A DNA stretch of 64,000 nucleotides from an uncultured Chloroflexia bacterium (GCA_963734535.1 CAVTHS010000004.1:64001-128000); one strand, 5' to 3'. Shown: positions 22,150-32,844, counted from the stretch's first letter. Program-made: numbers and translations. Notes: generated by a model not told the origin, from the sequence alone.

Positions 22150-22796
22150 CGGTCGTCGGGCCGGCCAGGCGTCACGCCAGGCTCGATCATGCGACCAGCC
22201 GCAGACCCGTCATCGAGCGCGGCCTCGAGCGCGGCGAGCTGCCCCAGATGCAGCAGGTCGTGGACCCCCGCGAAGAGGAACCACTCGCCGCAGCGAAGCC
22301 TCCCGACCAGCGGATGCTCGAGCGGGCACGGGTCCAGCTCGTGGCCGGCAATCGAGCGGCTCGCGCGCTCGAGGTGTCGGCTGCTCCGGGCCAGCCGCCG
22401 GAGGAGGTCGTCGCGACCGGCGTCGGCGGACCCCGGCACGCCCGGAGTGACCACAGGCGCGCCCGCGGGCCATCGCCCGGAAGCAGCGAGCGCGGCCGCG
22501 AGCGCCAGGCCCCGCCGCGATTCGAAGGCGTGCCCCACCGCCTCGGCGACCGTCCAGTCCGCCTCGCCTCCCGGCATCGAGAACGCGGCGTCCGGGAGCG
22601 ACCGGAGGCACGCCTCGAACGCGTCGGCAATGGCCTCGTGCTGGGGAAGGAGCCGCCCCGCGGATCCAGCGCCCGCCAGGCGCCGAACCTCGCGTCGAAC
22701 CGCGAGAGGGCGATTGTCGGCGAGGGCCCGGAACGGCGCAACGAGATCCGGCGCCAGCGGCTCGAGGGGCGCGAGCCAGTCGCTGGATTCACGCAT
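22146..22796 (-). CDS. DinB-family protein
   Basis: WTVAEAVGH, HPLVGRL, HDLLHLGQL. Confidence 0.8.
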   Translation of the reverse strand: MRESSDWLAPLEPLAPDLVAPFRALADNRPLAVRREVRRLAGAGSAGRLLPQHEAIADAFEACLRSLPDAAFSMPGGEADWTVAEAVGHAFESRRGLALAAALAASGRWPAGAPVVTPGVPGSADAGRDDLLRRLARSSRHLERASRSIAGHELDPCPLEHPLVGRLRCGEWFLFAGVHDLLHLGQLAALEAALDDGSAAGRMIEPGVTPGRPDDR

Positions 22797-22840
22797 GGGC
22801 GGATCGTACGAGATCCCTGGCGGCCCCGGCCCGGCTGGCG

Positions 22841-23170
22841 TCAGATCCGCTCGAACCGCTCCACGGGAAGCACGAAGACCGTGGCGCCGCCGACCTCGAC
22901 CTCGAGCGGGTACGGAAGGAAGAACTCGCCCGGCTCCATGATCGGCGGCATCGGGTTGACGAGCTGCGTTCGGGAGTGGCAGTTGTCGCGGATGACGGCG
23001 AGCGCCGCCTCGACCTGGTCGTCCTCCACCCCGAGGATGACCGTGGCGTTCGACTGCTTGAGGAAGCCGCCCGAGCTGTGCAGGCGCGTCGCCCGGAACT
23101 CGCGTTCGAGCAGCCCATCGACAAGGTGGCCTGCGTCCTCCGTGTGGACGATCGCGACGACGAGCTTCAC
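22841..23170 (-). CDS. darA: Cyclic-di-AMP receptor, PII-like PstA/DarA
   Basis: MKLVVAIV, SSGGFLKQSNAT, VGGATVFVLPVERFE; lies near tmk, as the Firmicutes homolog does. Confidence 0.9.
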   Translation of the reverse strand: MKLVVAIVHTEDAGHLVDGLLEREFRATRLHSSGGFLKQSNATVILGVEDDQVEAALAVIRDNCHSRTQLVNPMPPIMEPGEFFLPYPLEVEVGGATVFVLPVERFERI

Positions 23171-23323
23171 GCGGCCGAGTATAGGCGGCGCTCCCGGCGC
23201 CGGCGACCCGCGTGGCGGGCCGGAGGGCTCGACAGGGTCAATTCCCCGATGGAGGGCGCGTATCATCCGAGCGATCCCCGCCCGCGTGGCCGGGACGCCG
23301 CCAGACCCAGACGTGGAGGCCTC

Positions 23324-24440
23324 GTGCGCCCGCTCGATCCATCCGGTGACGCCGGATCGCTGGCCATGGCAGTCCGTGCGGTCGGCCGTGGCGACGGCCT
23401 CGATTCCGCGCTCGACGAGATCCTGCGAGGCACCGTCGAGGTGCAGGGGGCTGCGCTCGCGCTGGTCGCAACCGCGAGCGACGATGGGATGGGGCGGCAC
23501 GTCCTTCGAAGCCGCGGCCTGGCGGAGGGCGACATCGCGATCGTCGAGGCGTCCGCCCTCGATCCCGCCGATCCCCTGGCGGTCGCCGCGGCCGAGCACA
23601 GGCTGGTGGAGTCGAGCGCCACGGACCCGCGTGAAGGCCCCGGCGAACGTGGGCTCGTCGACCGCCTGGGCCTCGCCCGGCTCGAGGCGCTGCCGCTCGT
23701 CGTCGCCCGAGACGGGATCGATCACGTGGTCGGGGTGCTGGCGCTGGGCTGGAGCTCGGCGTCGCCAGGGGCCGCGGCTCCGTCCGCGACCAAGACGACG
23801 TCCGGTGCTTCGCGGCCTTCCGCGACCGGTGCGCCCTCGACGCCGCTCGCGACGCCCGGGCTGGTTGTCGCGCTGGCGGACCTCGCCGCAATCGCGATCG
23901 ACCGGGCGAACCTTGCCGCCCGAGCGGCCGAGCGCGCGGAGTGGACCGAGCGCCTCGCGCACATCGATCCGCTTACCGGGCTCGCGAACCGGCGCACGTT
24001 CGACCGCGTCCTGGAGCTGGAGCTCGCGCGCGCGGCCCGCCTGCAGAGCGAGGTCGCCGTCGCGATCTTCGACATCGACGCCTTCCGGGAGACGAACGAC
24101 GCAGCGGGACATGCGGCGGGCGACGATCGTCCTGCGGGCCGTCGCGGCGGTCATCGCGGAGCAGGTCCGGCTCGTGGACACGGTCGCGCGCATCGGCGGC
24201 GACGAGTTCGTGGTGGTCGCGCCGGGGAACGGCGGGCCGGCGGTCGCGGAGCGCGTGATCCGGGCGATCCAGGCGCTGCCGTCGGTCGATGGCCGGCCCG
24301 TCTCCGTCTCGGCGGGCATCGCGCGCTTCCCGGTCGACGGGGCCAGCCCGGAGGAGATCGTCGCGGGCGCCCTCGACGCGCTGGAGGCGGCGCGTCACGT
24401 CGGAATCGGCGCCATGGCCAGCGCGCCCGCAACGGGCTGA
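23324..24440 (+). CDS. GAF-GGDEF diguanylate cyclase; frameshift ~24125
   Basis: DPLTGLANRR, DIDAFRETNDAAGHAAGD, then in the next frame RLVDTVARIGGDEF and SVSAGIA. Confidence 0.85.
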
Positions 24441-24556
24441 CCGGCGCTTGGCCAGCGCGCCCGCGACCGGCTGAGGAGCGCGTCCGCGACGGGCCGACAG
24501 ACGCCGGAGACGGCCCGGCGCACGCCGTTCGGTTCGTTCGGGTCCTTACGGTCGCG

Positions 24557-25282
24557 TCACGCGAGCGGATCGCCGGAGGAAGCCTCGCGGTCACCGGGCC
24601 GCACCGCCGCGAGGCGTCCCGAGAGGCGCGGCCCGAGGCCCGGGATCCCGGCGAGCACGCTCCACAGCGCGGCGAAGACGTCATCCGGGGCCGCGGTGCC
24701 GTCGACGACGACCCACCGGTCCGGCTCCGCGACCGCGAACGAGAGGTACGCGGCGCGAACCCGCTCGTGGAACGCGCGATCGAAGTGCGCCTCGAACCGG
24801 GTGGTCTCCGCGGACGACTTCCGTGCGAGCCCGACCTCGACAGGGAGGTCGATGAGGATCGTCCGGTCGGGTCGCAGCCCGCCCGTGGCGAACCGGAGGA
24901 CCGACCGAAGCTCGTCGAGCGGCAGCTCGCCGCCGCCGCCCTGGTACGCGAGCGTGGAGTCCGCGTACCGATCGGAGATCACGAGGGCGCCTCGACGGAG
25001 CGCCGGCCCGATCACCTCGTCGATCAGCTGGACGCGCGCGGCGCTGAAGAGCAGCGCGTCCGTCCGCTGTGTCAGGCGAATCCCCACCGGGCCGGCGTCC
25101 ATGAGGATGGCCCGAACGCGCTCGCCGGCAGCCGTCCCGCCGGGCTCCCGGACCAGCACGACGTCCTGGCCCGCGGCGGCGGCGGCCTCCCGGAGCCGCT
25201 CGGACTGGGTCGACTTGCCGCTGCCTTCAGGGCCCTCGAGGGTCACGAACCAGCCCTTCGACCCTCGCCTGCCTTCCACCAC
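24557..25282 (-). CDS. tmk: Thymidylate kinase
   Basis: EGPEGSGKST, REPGGT, DRYADSTLAYQG. Confidence 0.96.
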   Translation of the reverse strand: MVEGRRGSKGWFVTLEGPEGSGKSTQSERLREAAAAAGQDVVLVREPGGTAAGERVRAILMDAGPVGIRLTQRTDALLFSAARVQLIDEVIGPALRRGALVISDRYADSTLAYQGGGGELPLDELRSVLRFATGGLRPDRTILIDLPVEVGLARKSSAETTRFEAHFDRAFHERVRAAYLSFAVAEPDRWVVVDGTAAPDDVFAALWSVLAGIPGLGPRLSGRLAAVRPGDREASSGDPLA

Positions 25283-25352
25283 GACCTGAGTGTACCCCGG
25301 CCCACGACCGTTTCAGTCGACCGCGGCTGCGGTGCTGGCCCTCGGCTCCGGA

Positions 25353-26450
25353 TCACCTCGCAGGCGCCGGCCGGCTCCATCGTCCTGTAGCGGCAGCGAT
25401 GATCTGGTCGAGCCTGGCCGGCGCCGCGAACGCGAACGTCACGAGCAGGATCCCCGCCCACATCCCGGGCATGACGCCGGTGCCGACGAGCATCACGGCC
25501 ACGAGCGCCACGTCCCGCCGGATCGCGAGCATCGCCGGGAGCAGGAAGAGCACGCCGTACGACCGCAGCGACGGCGAGCCGAGGACCAGGAGGAGGCCGG
25601 CAGCCGCCCCGACGCGCCGGGTCGGCGCCACGATCGCGATCAGCACCGTCACCGCGGTCGCCGCGGGCGAAAGGAGTCCCGGCAGCAGCTGGACCAGCGA
25701 CGAGCCGCGCAGCTCCCAGGCCGGGTCCGCGGCGCGGCCGAGCTGCGCGATCCAGGCCTGCCATGCGCCGATCCCGACGAGTGGCAGGGTGGCGAGCGCG
25801 ACCGCAACCGCCGCACCGAGGCCGAGCAGCGCAGCGGCGGGCCGTCGACGCAGGAGCGCCACCCACGCATGCGGCTGGGTGAGCTTGAGCGCGGGCGTGA
25901 TCGCGGCAAGGGTGCCGTCGACGAGGGCCGGCCGGCCGCCGTCGCGTGGATCGCGCGGCGTCGGATGCCACGGGCCGGTCGGCGCGTCGAAGAAGACCGC
26001 CACGAACGCGGCGACCAGGAGCACCTCGGCGTTGCCGCCCACGAGGCCCTCGGCGAACGGCACCCAGCAGAGCGCAACCGGGACGGCACGCCACGGCACC
26101 CCCAGCCGCCGCGCCACGAAGAGGGCGGCGCCGAGCGTCGCCGCGAGCCACGCCGCCACCACCACGCCGCGCGGCACGGCGAGGAGCGGCGCGAGGAGCG
26201 GAAGCACCGGCGGTGGGTACAGGAACGGGAGGCCGTAGCCTTCCGGCGCGCTGAAGCTCGAGGCGAGGTACGGCTCGCCCCCGTGGACCCACCGCTCGGC
26301 CGCCCGGAGCGGGATCTCCAGGTCGACCATCGGCGGGTGGGTCAGGAGAACCACCACGCCGCCGACGATCGCGATGATCGCCGCCACGATCCCGAGCTCC
26401 CGGACCGGACTGGTCGCCCTCAGCCGGCCCGATCGGTCGACCACTTCCAC
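25353..26450 (-). CDS. GT87 (DUF2029)-like membrane glycosyltransferase
   Basis: DLEIPLRAA..GGEPY, FLYPP, GNAE, ALKL; many TM helices. Confidence 0.7.
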   Translation of the reverse strand: MEVVDRSGRLRATSPVRELGIVAAIIAIVGGVVVLLTHPPMVDLEIPLRAAERWVHGGEPYLASSFSAPEGYGLPFLYPPPVLPLLAPLLAVPRGVVVAAWLAATLGAALFVARRLGVPWRAVPVALCWVPFAEGLVGGNAEVLLVAAFVAVFFDAPTGPWHPTPRDPRDGGRPALVDGTLAAITPALKLTQPHAWVALLRRRPAAALLGLGAAVAVALATLPLVGIGAWQAWIAQLGRAADPAWELRGSSLVQLLPGLLSPAATAVTVLIAIVAPTRRVGAAAGLLLVLGSPSLRSYGVLFLLPAMLAIRRDVALVAVMLVGTGVMPGMWAGILLVTFAFAAPARLDQIIAAATGRWSRPAPAR

Positions 26451-26466
26451 GCGGCGCTGCGCGACG

Positions 26467-27327
26467 CTACCCGGCGGGCGCCGGCGGCGACTGCTCCGCC
26501 GCGAGCGATTGCTCCGACTCGACCGGCTGTTCCGGCTCTGAAGACTGCCCCGGCTTCGCCCGGTCCGGCTCGACCTGGGCGACCACCTCGACCCGTCCCG
26601 CCTCGAGACCGTTGACCCGCTCGGCCCGCGCCTTGATTCCCAGGAGCTGCCGGCGGACCATCGCGAAGACCCCGAACCCCATGAACGGGAGCGTGACCTT
26701 CATCCAGGGCTTGTCGCCCCCGTCGAAACGGATCCGGAAGCGCTCGACCAGGCGTGCGCGCTCGTCGCCGAGCGGCTCCACCACGAAGGCCCATGTCGCC
26801 GCGAACTCGGTCGGCTGGGCGACGCCCATGAGCGCGCCCCCGGCCTGGAGGTTGACCGGCGCGGCCTCCGCGGTGCCTGCCTTCGCCGCGTCCGCCTGCG
26901 CGCGAACCATCTTCGTGTCCAGGTAGAGGACCAGCGCGTGCCCCGGCTCGATTGCCTTCACCTCGAAGCCGCCGCCCGGGCTGGTCGGCACGACATCGCC
27001 GACCGCGAGCTCCTGGAGCTCGGGAAGGATCCGGTCGGCGCTCGAGCCCTTCATGTCCATCGCGTCGTAGCTGTACCAGCCGCCCCGCCCGAAACCCATC
27101 TGCACGAGCCACGGCCAGATCGCGGAAGGCGGCGCGGCGACCGTGATGGCGCGCGTATCGCTGATCGGGGCGTCCGGAATGATGTCATCGCCCGGGAGCT
27201 CCCTCGCGGCCTCGTCGGGATCGACTCCCCAGCGATGCCACCACGGGCGGACGGTGAACCAGATCGCTGCTCCCCCGAGCGTGACGGTCCCCGCGACGAC
27301 GGCCACGAGGCTGCGGAGCTTTGGCAT
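26467..27327 (-). CDS. SRPBCC-like conserved protein
   Basis: RWG..E..LPGD, TRAITVAAP..IWPWLVQMG.GRGGWYSYD motif. Confidence 0.8.
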   Translation of the reverse strand: MPKLRSLVAVVAGTVTLGGAAIWFTVRPWWHRWGVDPDEAARELPGDDIIPDAPISDTRAITVAAPPSAIWPWLVQMGFGRGGWYSYDAMDMKGSSADRILPELQELAVGDVVPTSPGGGFEVKAIEPGHALVLYLDTKMVRAQADAAKAGTAEAAPVNLQAGGALMGVAQPTEFAATWAFVVEPLGDERARLVERFRIRFDGGDKPWMKVTLPFMGFGVFAMVRRQLLGIKARAERVNGLEAGRVEVVAQVEPDRAKPGQSSEPEQPVESEQSLAAEQSPPAPAG

Positions 27328-27456
27328 GTGCTGTACGTCCCTTCGCTGTGCCCGTGCGGGCGTCTGCCGATCCGGGCTGGTCCCCGCCGCGATCATGCAC
27401 CCGCGCGCCGCCGCCGGCAGGCCCGGCAGCACCGGCGGTCCTGCTACCGTTCGGGG

Positions 27457-28902
27457 ATGCGCGAGATCACCAACCGGGCGCTCGACACCGCCCGAGGCCG
27501 GGGCGCGACCTATGCCGACGTGCGGGTCGTCCGGCGCCTCGAAGAGTCGATCGATGTCAAGAGCGGCACGCTGGCCGGCGTCTCCACCGACGAGAGCGAG
27601 GGGTTCGGCGTCCGCGTCCTCGTCGACGGCGCGTGGGGCTTCGCGGCCAGCCACGTCCTCACGGCCGCCGAGGCGGATCGCGTCGCGGCCCAGGCCGTGC
27701 GGATCGCGCGGGCGTCGGCGACCGCGATCCGCAGGCCCACCGTGCTCGACGGGCGCCGGCCCGCCCAGGGCCGGTTCGAGACTCCCGTCGCCGAGGACCC
27801 GTTCGCCGTCCCGCTCGAGGAGAAGATCGCGGACCTGCTCGCGGCCGACGCGGCCATGCGCCGCGTTGACGGCATCGCCTTCACCGACTCGTCGTACGGC
27901 GCCCAGCGCGAGTGGAAGACGTTCGCCGCGACCGACGGAAGCTACACCGAGCAGGTGATCACCCACGTCGGCTCGGGCATCGAGGCGAACGCGGTGGACG
28001 GCGACGAGCTCCAGCGCCGCAGCTTTCCCGACGCGGGTGGCGGCTGGCAGGGTGCCGGGTACGAATACATCCGTGCGCTCGGGCTTACGGCGAACGCGGA
28101 GCGGGTCGCGACCGAGGCGGTCGCGCTCCTGTCCGCGCCGATGCTGCCGCCGGGACGCCGGACGATCGTCCTGCACCCCTCGCAGCTCTACCTGCAGATC
28201 CACGAGAGCTGCGGCCACCCGACGGAGCTCGACCGCGTCTTCGGGACGGAGGCGAGCTACGCCGGGACCAGCTTCCTGACCACCGACAAGCTCGGCGCCG
28301 GATTCCGGTACGGCTCGGAGCTGATCGACATCGTGGCGGACGCCACCGCGCCCGGCGGGATGGGCACGTTCGGGTGGGACGACGAGGGCGTCGCCGCCCA
28401 GGCGGTGCCGCTGGTCCAGGCCGGGATCCTGGCCGGCTACCTGACCAGCCGCGAGACGGCCCCGCGGATCGGCCGCGAGTCGGGCGGCGCCATGCGGGCC
28501 GACGGCTGGAACCGCATCCCGCTGATCCGGATGACGAACATCAACCTGCTGCCGAAGCCGGGCATGAGCTTCGAGCAGATCATCGACGACACCGATGACG
28601 GCCTGCTGCTCGCCCACAACCGGAGCTGGTCGATCGACGATCGGCGCCTCAACTTCCAGTTCGCAACGGAGCTTGCGTACGAGATCAAGGGCGGCCGCCT
28701 TGGCCAGCTCTACCGGAACGCGACCTACACCGGGATCACGCCCGAGTTCTGGGGGAGCTGCGACGCCGTCGGGGACGCGTCGAGCTACGTGATGCTCGGC
28801 ACGCCGAACTGCGGCAAGGGCGAGCCGTCGCAGGTCGGCCACGTGGGGCATGCGTGCTCGGGCGCCCGGTTCCGAAACGTCCAGGTCGGGGTGATGAAGT
28901 GA
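27457..28902 (+). CDS. tldD: TldD metalloprotease subunit
   Basis: YADVR, GFGVRV, HESCGHPTE, DDEG, RMTNIN, CGKGEP. Confidence 0.92.
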   Translation: MREITNRALDTARGRGATYADVRVVRRLEESIDVKSGTLAGVSTDESEGFGVRVLVDGAWGFAASHVLTAAEADRVAAQAVRIARASATAIRRPTVLDGRRPAQGRFETPVAEDPFAVPLEEKIADLLAADAAMRRVDGIAFTDSSYGAQREWKTFAATDGSYTEQVITHVGSGIEANAVDGDELQRRSFPDAGGGWQGAGYEYIRALGLTANAERVATEAVALLSAPMLPPGRRTIVLHPSQLYLQIHESCGHPTELDRVFGTEASYAGTSFLTTDKLGAGFRYGSELIDIVADATAPGGMGTFGWDDEGVAAQAVPLVQAGILAGYLTSRETAPRIGRESGGAMRADGWNRIPLIRMTNINLLPKPGMSFEQIIDDTDDGLLLAHNRSWSIDDRRLNFQFATELAYEIKGGRLGQLYRNATYTGITPEFWGSCDAVGDASSYVMLGTPNCGKGEPSQVGHVGHACSGARFRNVQVGVMK

Positions 28903-30272
28903 GCGCCGTCGACATGCGGACGGGCGGGACGCCGGCCGAGCGGCTCGCGATCGCCGAGATCGTCCTGCGCCACGCGGAGGCGGCCGGTGCGACCGAGGCC
29001 GAGGTGCTCGTCGACGCGGAAGACGCCGCGCTGACCCGCTTCGCGAACTCCGAGATCCACCAGAACGTCGCCGAGGCGAACGTACGTGTCAGCCTCCGGT
29101 TCGTGCGCGGGAAGCGGGTCGGGGTCGCGGCCACGGGCCGCACCGACGGGGACGCCCTTCGCCGGCTGGCGGAGACCGCCGGACGGATCAGCGACCTCGT
29201 CGAGGAGACCGCCGACTGGACCGGCCTGCCCGAGCCCGGCCCGATCCATCTCGTGGCGAGCGCGTTCGCCGAGGGGACCGCGACCGCCTCCCCGGAGCTG
29301 CGCGCCGAGGGCGCCCGGGCCGTCATCGCGGCGGCCGATGCTGCCGGCGTGACCGCCTACGGCTCGTTCGCGACGACCGTCGAGACGGTGGCCATCGCCA
29401 GCTCGCGCGGCATCCGGGCCGCAGAGTCGCGGACGAGCAGCCAGCTCATCACGGTCTCGATGGGCCCCGAGGATGGCACCGGTTACGCGGAGGCGGCCGC
29501 GGTGGACGCCACGACCATCGACGCGGCGGACTTGGGGCGCGAGGCGGCCGAGACTGCCCGGCGGGCAGCGCGGCCCGCGGCGCTCGAGCCCGGTGACTAT
29601 CCGGTCGTGCTCGCCGAGTACGCCGTGGTCGACATCCTGGACATGCTCGGCTATCTCGGCTTCAGCGCCCTCGCCGTCGAGGAGGGGCGTTCCTTCTACG
29701 AGCCCGGGAAGCGGATCGGGAGCGACCTCGTCACGATCCGCGACGACGCGCGGGACCCCGCCGGCCTGCCCGCCTCGTTCGACTACGAGGGCGTGGCATC
29801 GGAGCCGGTGACCCTTGTGGAATCCGGCATCTGCCGGGACCTCGTCTGGGACAGCGCCACGGCGGCACGCGCGGGGCGCCGCTCGACGGGCCACGGCCTG
29901 CCGGCCCCCAACCCGTACGGCCCGTTCCCGCTCCACGCCCAGATGGCCGCGGGGACCACGCCTCGAGCCGAGCTGCTTCGCGGCATCCGCCGCGGACTCT
30001 TCGTCACGCGGTTCCATTACACGAACCCGGTCCACCCGAAGCTCGCCGTGATCACGGGCATGACCCGCGATGGAACCTTCCTCGTGGAGGATGGCAAGAT
30101 CGCCGGTCCCGTCCGCAACCTCCGCTACACGATGTCCTACCTCGACGCGCTCGCGGCAGTGGAGGCCGTGAGCAGCGAGCGGCGCCTGCTCAAGGGCTTC
30201 CTGGGTGGCGTCCTCGTGCCCGCGGTCCGTCTCGGAAGCTGGCGCTTCACGGGGACGACCGGCACCGACTGA
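28899..30272 (+). CDS. tldE: TldE/PmbA-family protein
   Basis: TRFANSEIHQN, FDYEG, STGH, TGMTRDGTF; lacks HExxH; GTGA overlap with tldD. Confidence 0.88.
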   Translation: MSAVDMRTGGTPAERLAIAEIVLRHAEAAGATEAEVLVDAEDAALTRFANSEIHQNVAEANVRVSLRFVRGKRVGVAATGRTDGDALRRLAETAGRISDLVEETADWTGLPEPGPIHLVASAFAEGTATASPELRAEGARAVIAAADAAGVTAYGSFATTVETVAIASSRGIRAAESRTSSQLITVSMGPEDGTGYAEAAAVDATTIDAADLGREAAETARRAARPAALEPGDYPVVLAEYAVVDILDMLGYLGFSALAVEEGRSFYEPGKRIGSDLVTIRDDARDPAGLPASFDYEGVASEPVTLVESGICRDLVWDSATAARAGRRSTGHGLPAPNPYGPFPLHAQMAAGTTPRAELLRGIRRGLFVTRFHYTNPVHPKLAVITGMTRDGTFLVEDGKIAGPVRNLRYTMSYLDALAAVEAVSSERRLLKGFLGGVLVPAVRLGSWRFTGTTGTD

Positions 30273-30439
30273 CGGGACCTGGCCGGAGCGTGCCGGCCGC
30301 AACACCGGGACGTTCCCGCGGGCGCAGCGGCGAGTCGGAGGCTCGGCGCCCGGGAGGAGTCCGGCCGGTGCCGGTGGAGCCGCGGCAAGCGCCGGTCTCG
30401 TCCCCGGATCATGGCGCGATCCTGCGCTAGCATCCGCCA

Positions 30440-31087
30440 ATGCGTGCGTCCCTGCGTCGCGCCATCGTCGCGATTGCCGTCCTCGCTGCGGCCTGCGGTG
30501 GAGCGCCTGCGCCGTCGAGCGACGCGCCCACCGCGTCGCCATCGCCGGCGGGGGTCTCCTCCCCGTCTTCGGCGTTCCCCAGCCCGTCGCCGATCGCCGC
30601 GACCGTCACCGCACCACCCGCGTCGACACCGACGCCCACGCCGCTCGCGGCCGTGTCGCCGAGGCCGGCCCGCACGACGGCACCCACGCCTGCCGCGACC
30701 GCGACCGCTGCCGCTACGCCAACGCCTGCCGTGACAGCTCGGCCGACGCCGAAGCCCACGCCGAAGGCCACGCCCAAGCCGACGCCGAGGCCGAGCGCTC
30801 CGCCGGCCATCGTGACGCTCGCGCTGACCGCCCGCGACTTGGCGTTCACGCCGAGTGCGCTCACGGCTCCCGCCGGCGCGCCGATTCGGATCGCATTCTC
30901 GAACCAGGAGGCAGGAGTCCAGCACAGCGTCGCCATTCATGCGGCCGGTGGAGCGTCCGTCTTTTCGGGGACGCCGATCACGGGCCCCTCGAGGACCATG
31001 TACTCGGTCCAGGCCCTCACGGCGGGGACCTACACGTTCTTCTGCACCATCCACAGCTTCATGACAGGAATCCTCACGGTTCGCTGA
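30440..31087 (+). CDS. Cupredoxin-domain lipoprotein
   Basis: Lipobox LAAAC, Pro/Thr linker, Cu ligands H(SV) and CTIHSFM. Confidence 0.85.
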   Translation: MRASLRRAIVAIAVLAAACGGAPAPSSDAPTASPSPAGVSSPSSAFPSPSPIAATVTAPPASTPTPTPLAAVSPRPARTTAPTPAATATAAATPTPAVTARPTPKPTPKATPKPTPRPSAPPAIVTLALTARDLAFTPSALTAPAGAPIRIAFSNQEAGVQHSVAIHAAGGASVFSGTPITGPSRTMYSVQALTAGTYTFFCTIHSFMTGILTVR

Positions 31088-31213
31088 CGGAGATTGAGCG
31101 GTCCGAAGCCGCGCACCGCCCTGTCACCCGGGTGCACACTCGTGGCGGCCTGATGTGGGAGAGTGGCGGGGGCGCACGGTGCACCGCCGGGGCTGCAGCT
31201 GGAGATCGGTCGG

Positions 31214-32206
31214 ATGGCGAAGATCGGCTACGCGGCGATGATGGAGCAGTTCCACCCCACGGACCTGCTCGACTGGTGCGCGGCCGCGGAGCGGGCGGGC
31301 TTTTCAGCCGGCTTCATGGTCTCCGAGCACATCCAGCCGTGGACGCCGCAGCAGGGCCAGGCCGCGTTCGCGTGGGCATTCATGGGCGCGCTCGGAACGC
31401 GGACCAGCCTGCGATTCGGGACCGCCGTGACCTGCCCCGGGTTCCGCTACCACCCCGCGGTGATCGCGCACGCGGCGGCCACGCTCGGTGCGATGTACCC
31501 GGGGCGCTTCTGGCTGGGGCTCGGGGCGGGCGAGGCGATCAACGAGCACGTCGTTGGCGTGCAGTGGCCGGAGATCGGCGTCCGCTCGGCGATGATGTTC
31601 GAGGCCATCGAGATCGTCACCCGGCTCTTCAGCGGTGAGGTCGTCCGGCATCGCGGCGACCACTTCAGGCTGGAGTCACTGCGGCTCTATACGCGGCCGG
31701 AGACACCGGTCCCCGTCTACGTGGCAACGGCCGGCCCGCTCAACGCGAAGAAGACCGGCCGGTTCGCCGACGGGATGATCACCGTGGGGGCGGCCGACGA
31801 GAAGATCGGCATGCTCTGGGGCAAGTTCGACGAGGGCGCCCGCGAGGCGGGCAAGGATCCGGCCGGGATGCCGAAGCTCCTCCAGATCCACGTCAGCTGG
31901 GCGCGCACCGAGGATGAGGCCGTCGACGCCGCGATGCGCGAATGGCCCAACGGCGGGATGCCCTTCCCCAAGCAGGACATCCGGAACCCGGAGGACTTCG
32001 CGGCGATGGCGAAGCTCGTGCGGCCGGAGGACTTCCGCAACCGCGTCCTGATGTCGTCGGACCTCGGGGTCCACGTCGCGAACATCCAGCACTACGTCGA
32101 CATGGGCTTCGACGAGATCCACCTCCACAACGTCGGCCGAAACCAGGCCGAGTTCATCGAGGTCTTCGGCGCCGAGGTTCTCCCTGCGCTTCGGCTGGGC
32201 GCCTGA
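31214..32206 (+). CDS. F420-dependent LLM-class oxidoreductase (TIGR03557/G6PDH-like)
   Basis: IGYAAMMEQF, SEHIQPW, TAVTCP..RYHPA, GLGAGEAINE. Confidence 0.88.
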   Translation: MAKIGYAAMMEQFHPTDLLDWCAAAERAGFSAGFMVSEHIQPWTPQQGQAAFAWAFMGALGTRTSLRFGTAVTCPGFRYHPAVIAHAAATLGAMYPGRFWLGLGAGEAINEHVVGVQWPEIGVRSAMMFEAIEIVTRLFSGEVVRHRGDHFRLESLRLYTRPETPVPVYVATAGPLNAKKTGRFADGMITVGAADEKIGMLWGKFDEGAREAGKDPAGMPKLLQIHVSWARTEDEAVDAAMREWPNGGMPFPKQDIRNPEDFAAMAKLVRPEDFRNRVLMSSDLGVHVANIQHYVDMGFDEIHLHNVGRNQAEFIEVFGAEVLPALRLGA

Positions 32207-32214
32207 GCGATCCG

Positions 32215-32844
32215 ATGGCGCTGGCCGTCGCCTTCGATCGACCCGCCGATCGCGATGCCGAGGTCCGGGGCCGTCCCGGCGAAGTCCGGTTCCTGGAGAT
32301 CGCCCCGGTCCGCGCCGTGATGATCGACGGCGAGGGCCAGGTGGGCGAGACGACTTTCGCCCCGCGGATGCCCGGCCTCTTCGCGACCGCGTACGGGCTC
32401 CGTTTCGCGCTGAAGCGGCGCGGCGTCCAGCGTCGCACGGGGATGCTCGAGGGGTTCTTCTGGATGGCGGACGGATCGACGGACTTCGACGCGATCCTGG
32501 GGCCCGACCGGGATACGTGGCGCTGGACCGTGCTGATCTCGCTGCCCGGTGAGGCATCGGACCAGGAGCTCGCGTCCGCGCTTGCCGGCGGACGAGCGAA
32601 GCTTCCGCCCGAGCTCGCGGCCAACCTCCGGATCGAGACGATCGCGGAGGGCCGAGTCGCCCAGGTCCTCCACCTCGGCCCGTACGCGGAAGAGCGCCCC
32701 ACGATCGAGCTGCTCCACGCGGCGATCGCCGCCGCCGGCCTGCGCCCGCGGGGCCGGCACCACGAGCTCTACCTTGGCGACCCGCGGCGGTCGGCGCCCG
32801 AGCGCCTCCGGACGCTCATCCGCCAGCCGGTCGAGCCGGCCTGA
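32215..32844 (+). CDS. GyrI-like small-molecule binding protein
   Basis: LEGFFW, WRWT, HLGPYAEE, HHELYLGDPRR..PERLRTLIRQP. Confidence 0.85.
   Translation: MALAVAFDRPADRDAEVRGRPGEVRFLEIAPVRAVMIDGEGQVGETTFAPRMPGLFATAYGLRFALKRRGVQRRTGMLEGFFWMADGSTDFDAILGPDRDTWRWTVLISLPGEASDQELASALAGGRAKLPPELAANLRIETIAEGRVAQVLHLGPYAEERPTIELLHAAIAAAGLRPRGRHHELYLGDPRRSAPERLRTLIRQPVEPA

Noticed and set aside
27457-30272. TldD/E as part of a RiPP cluster
   Set aside because: No precursor peptide or YcaO/radical SAM gene nearby
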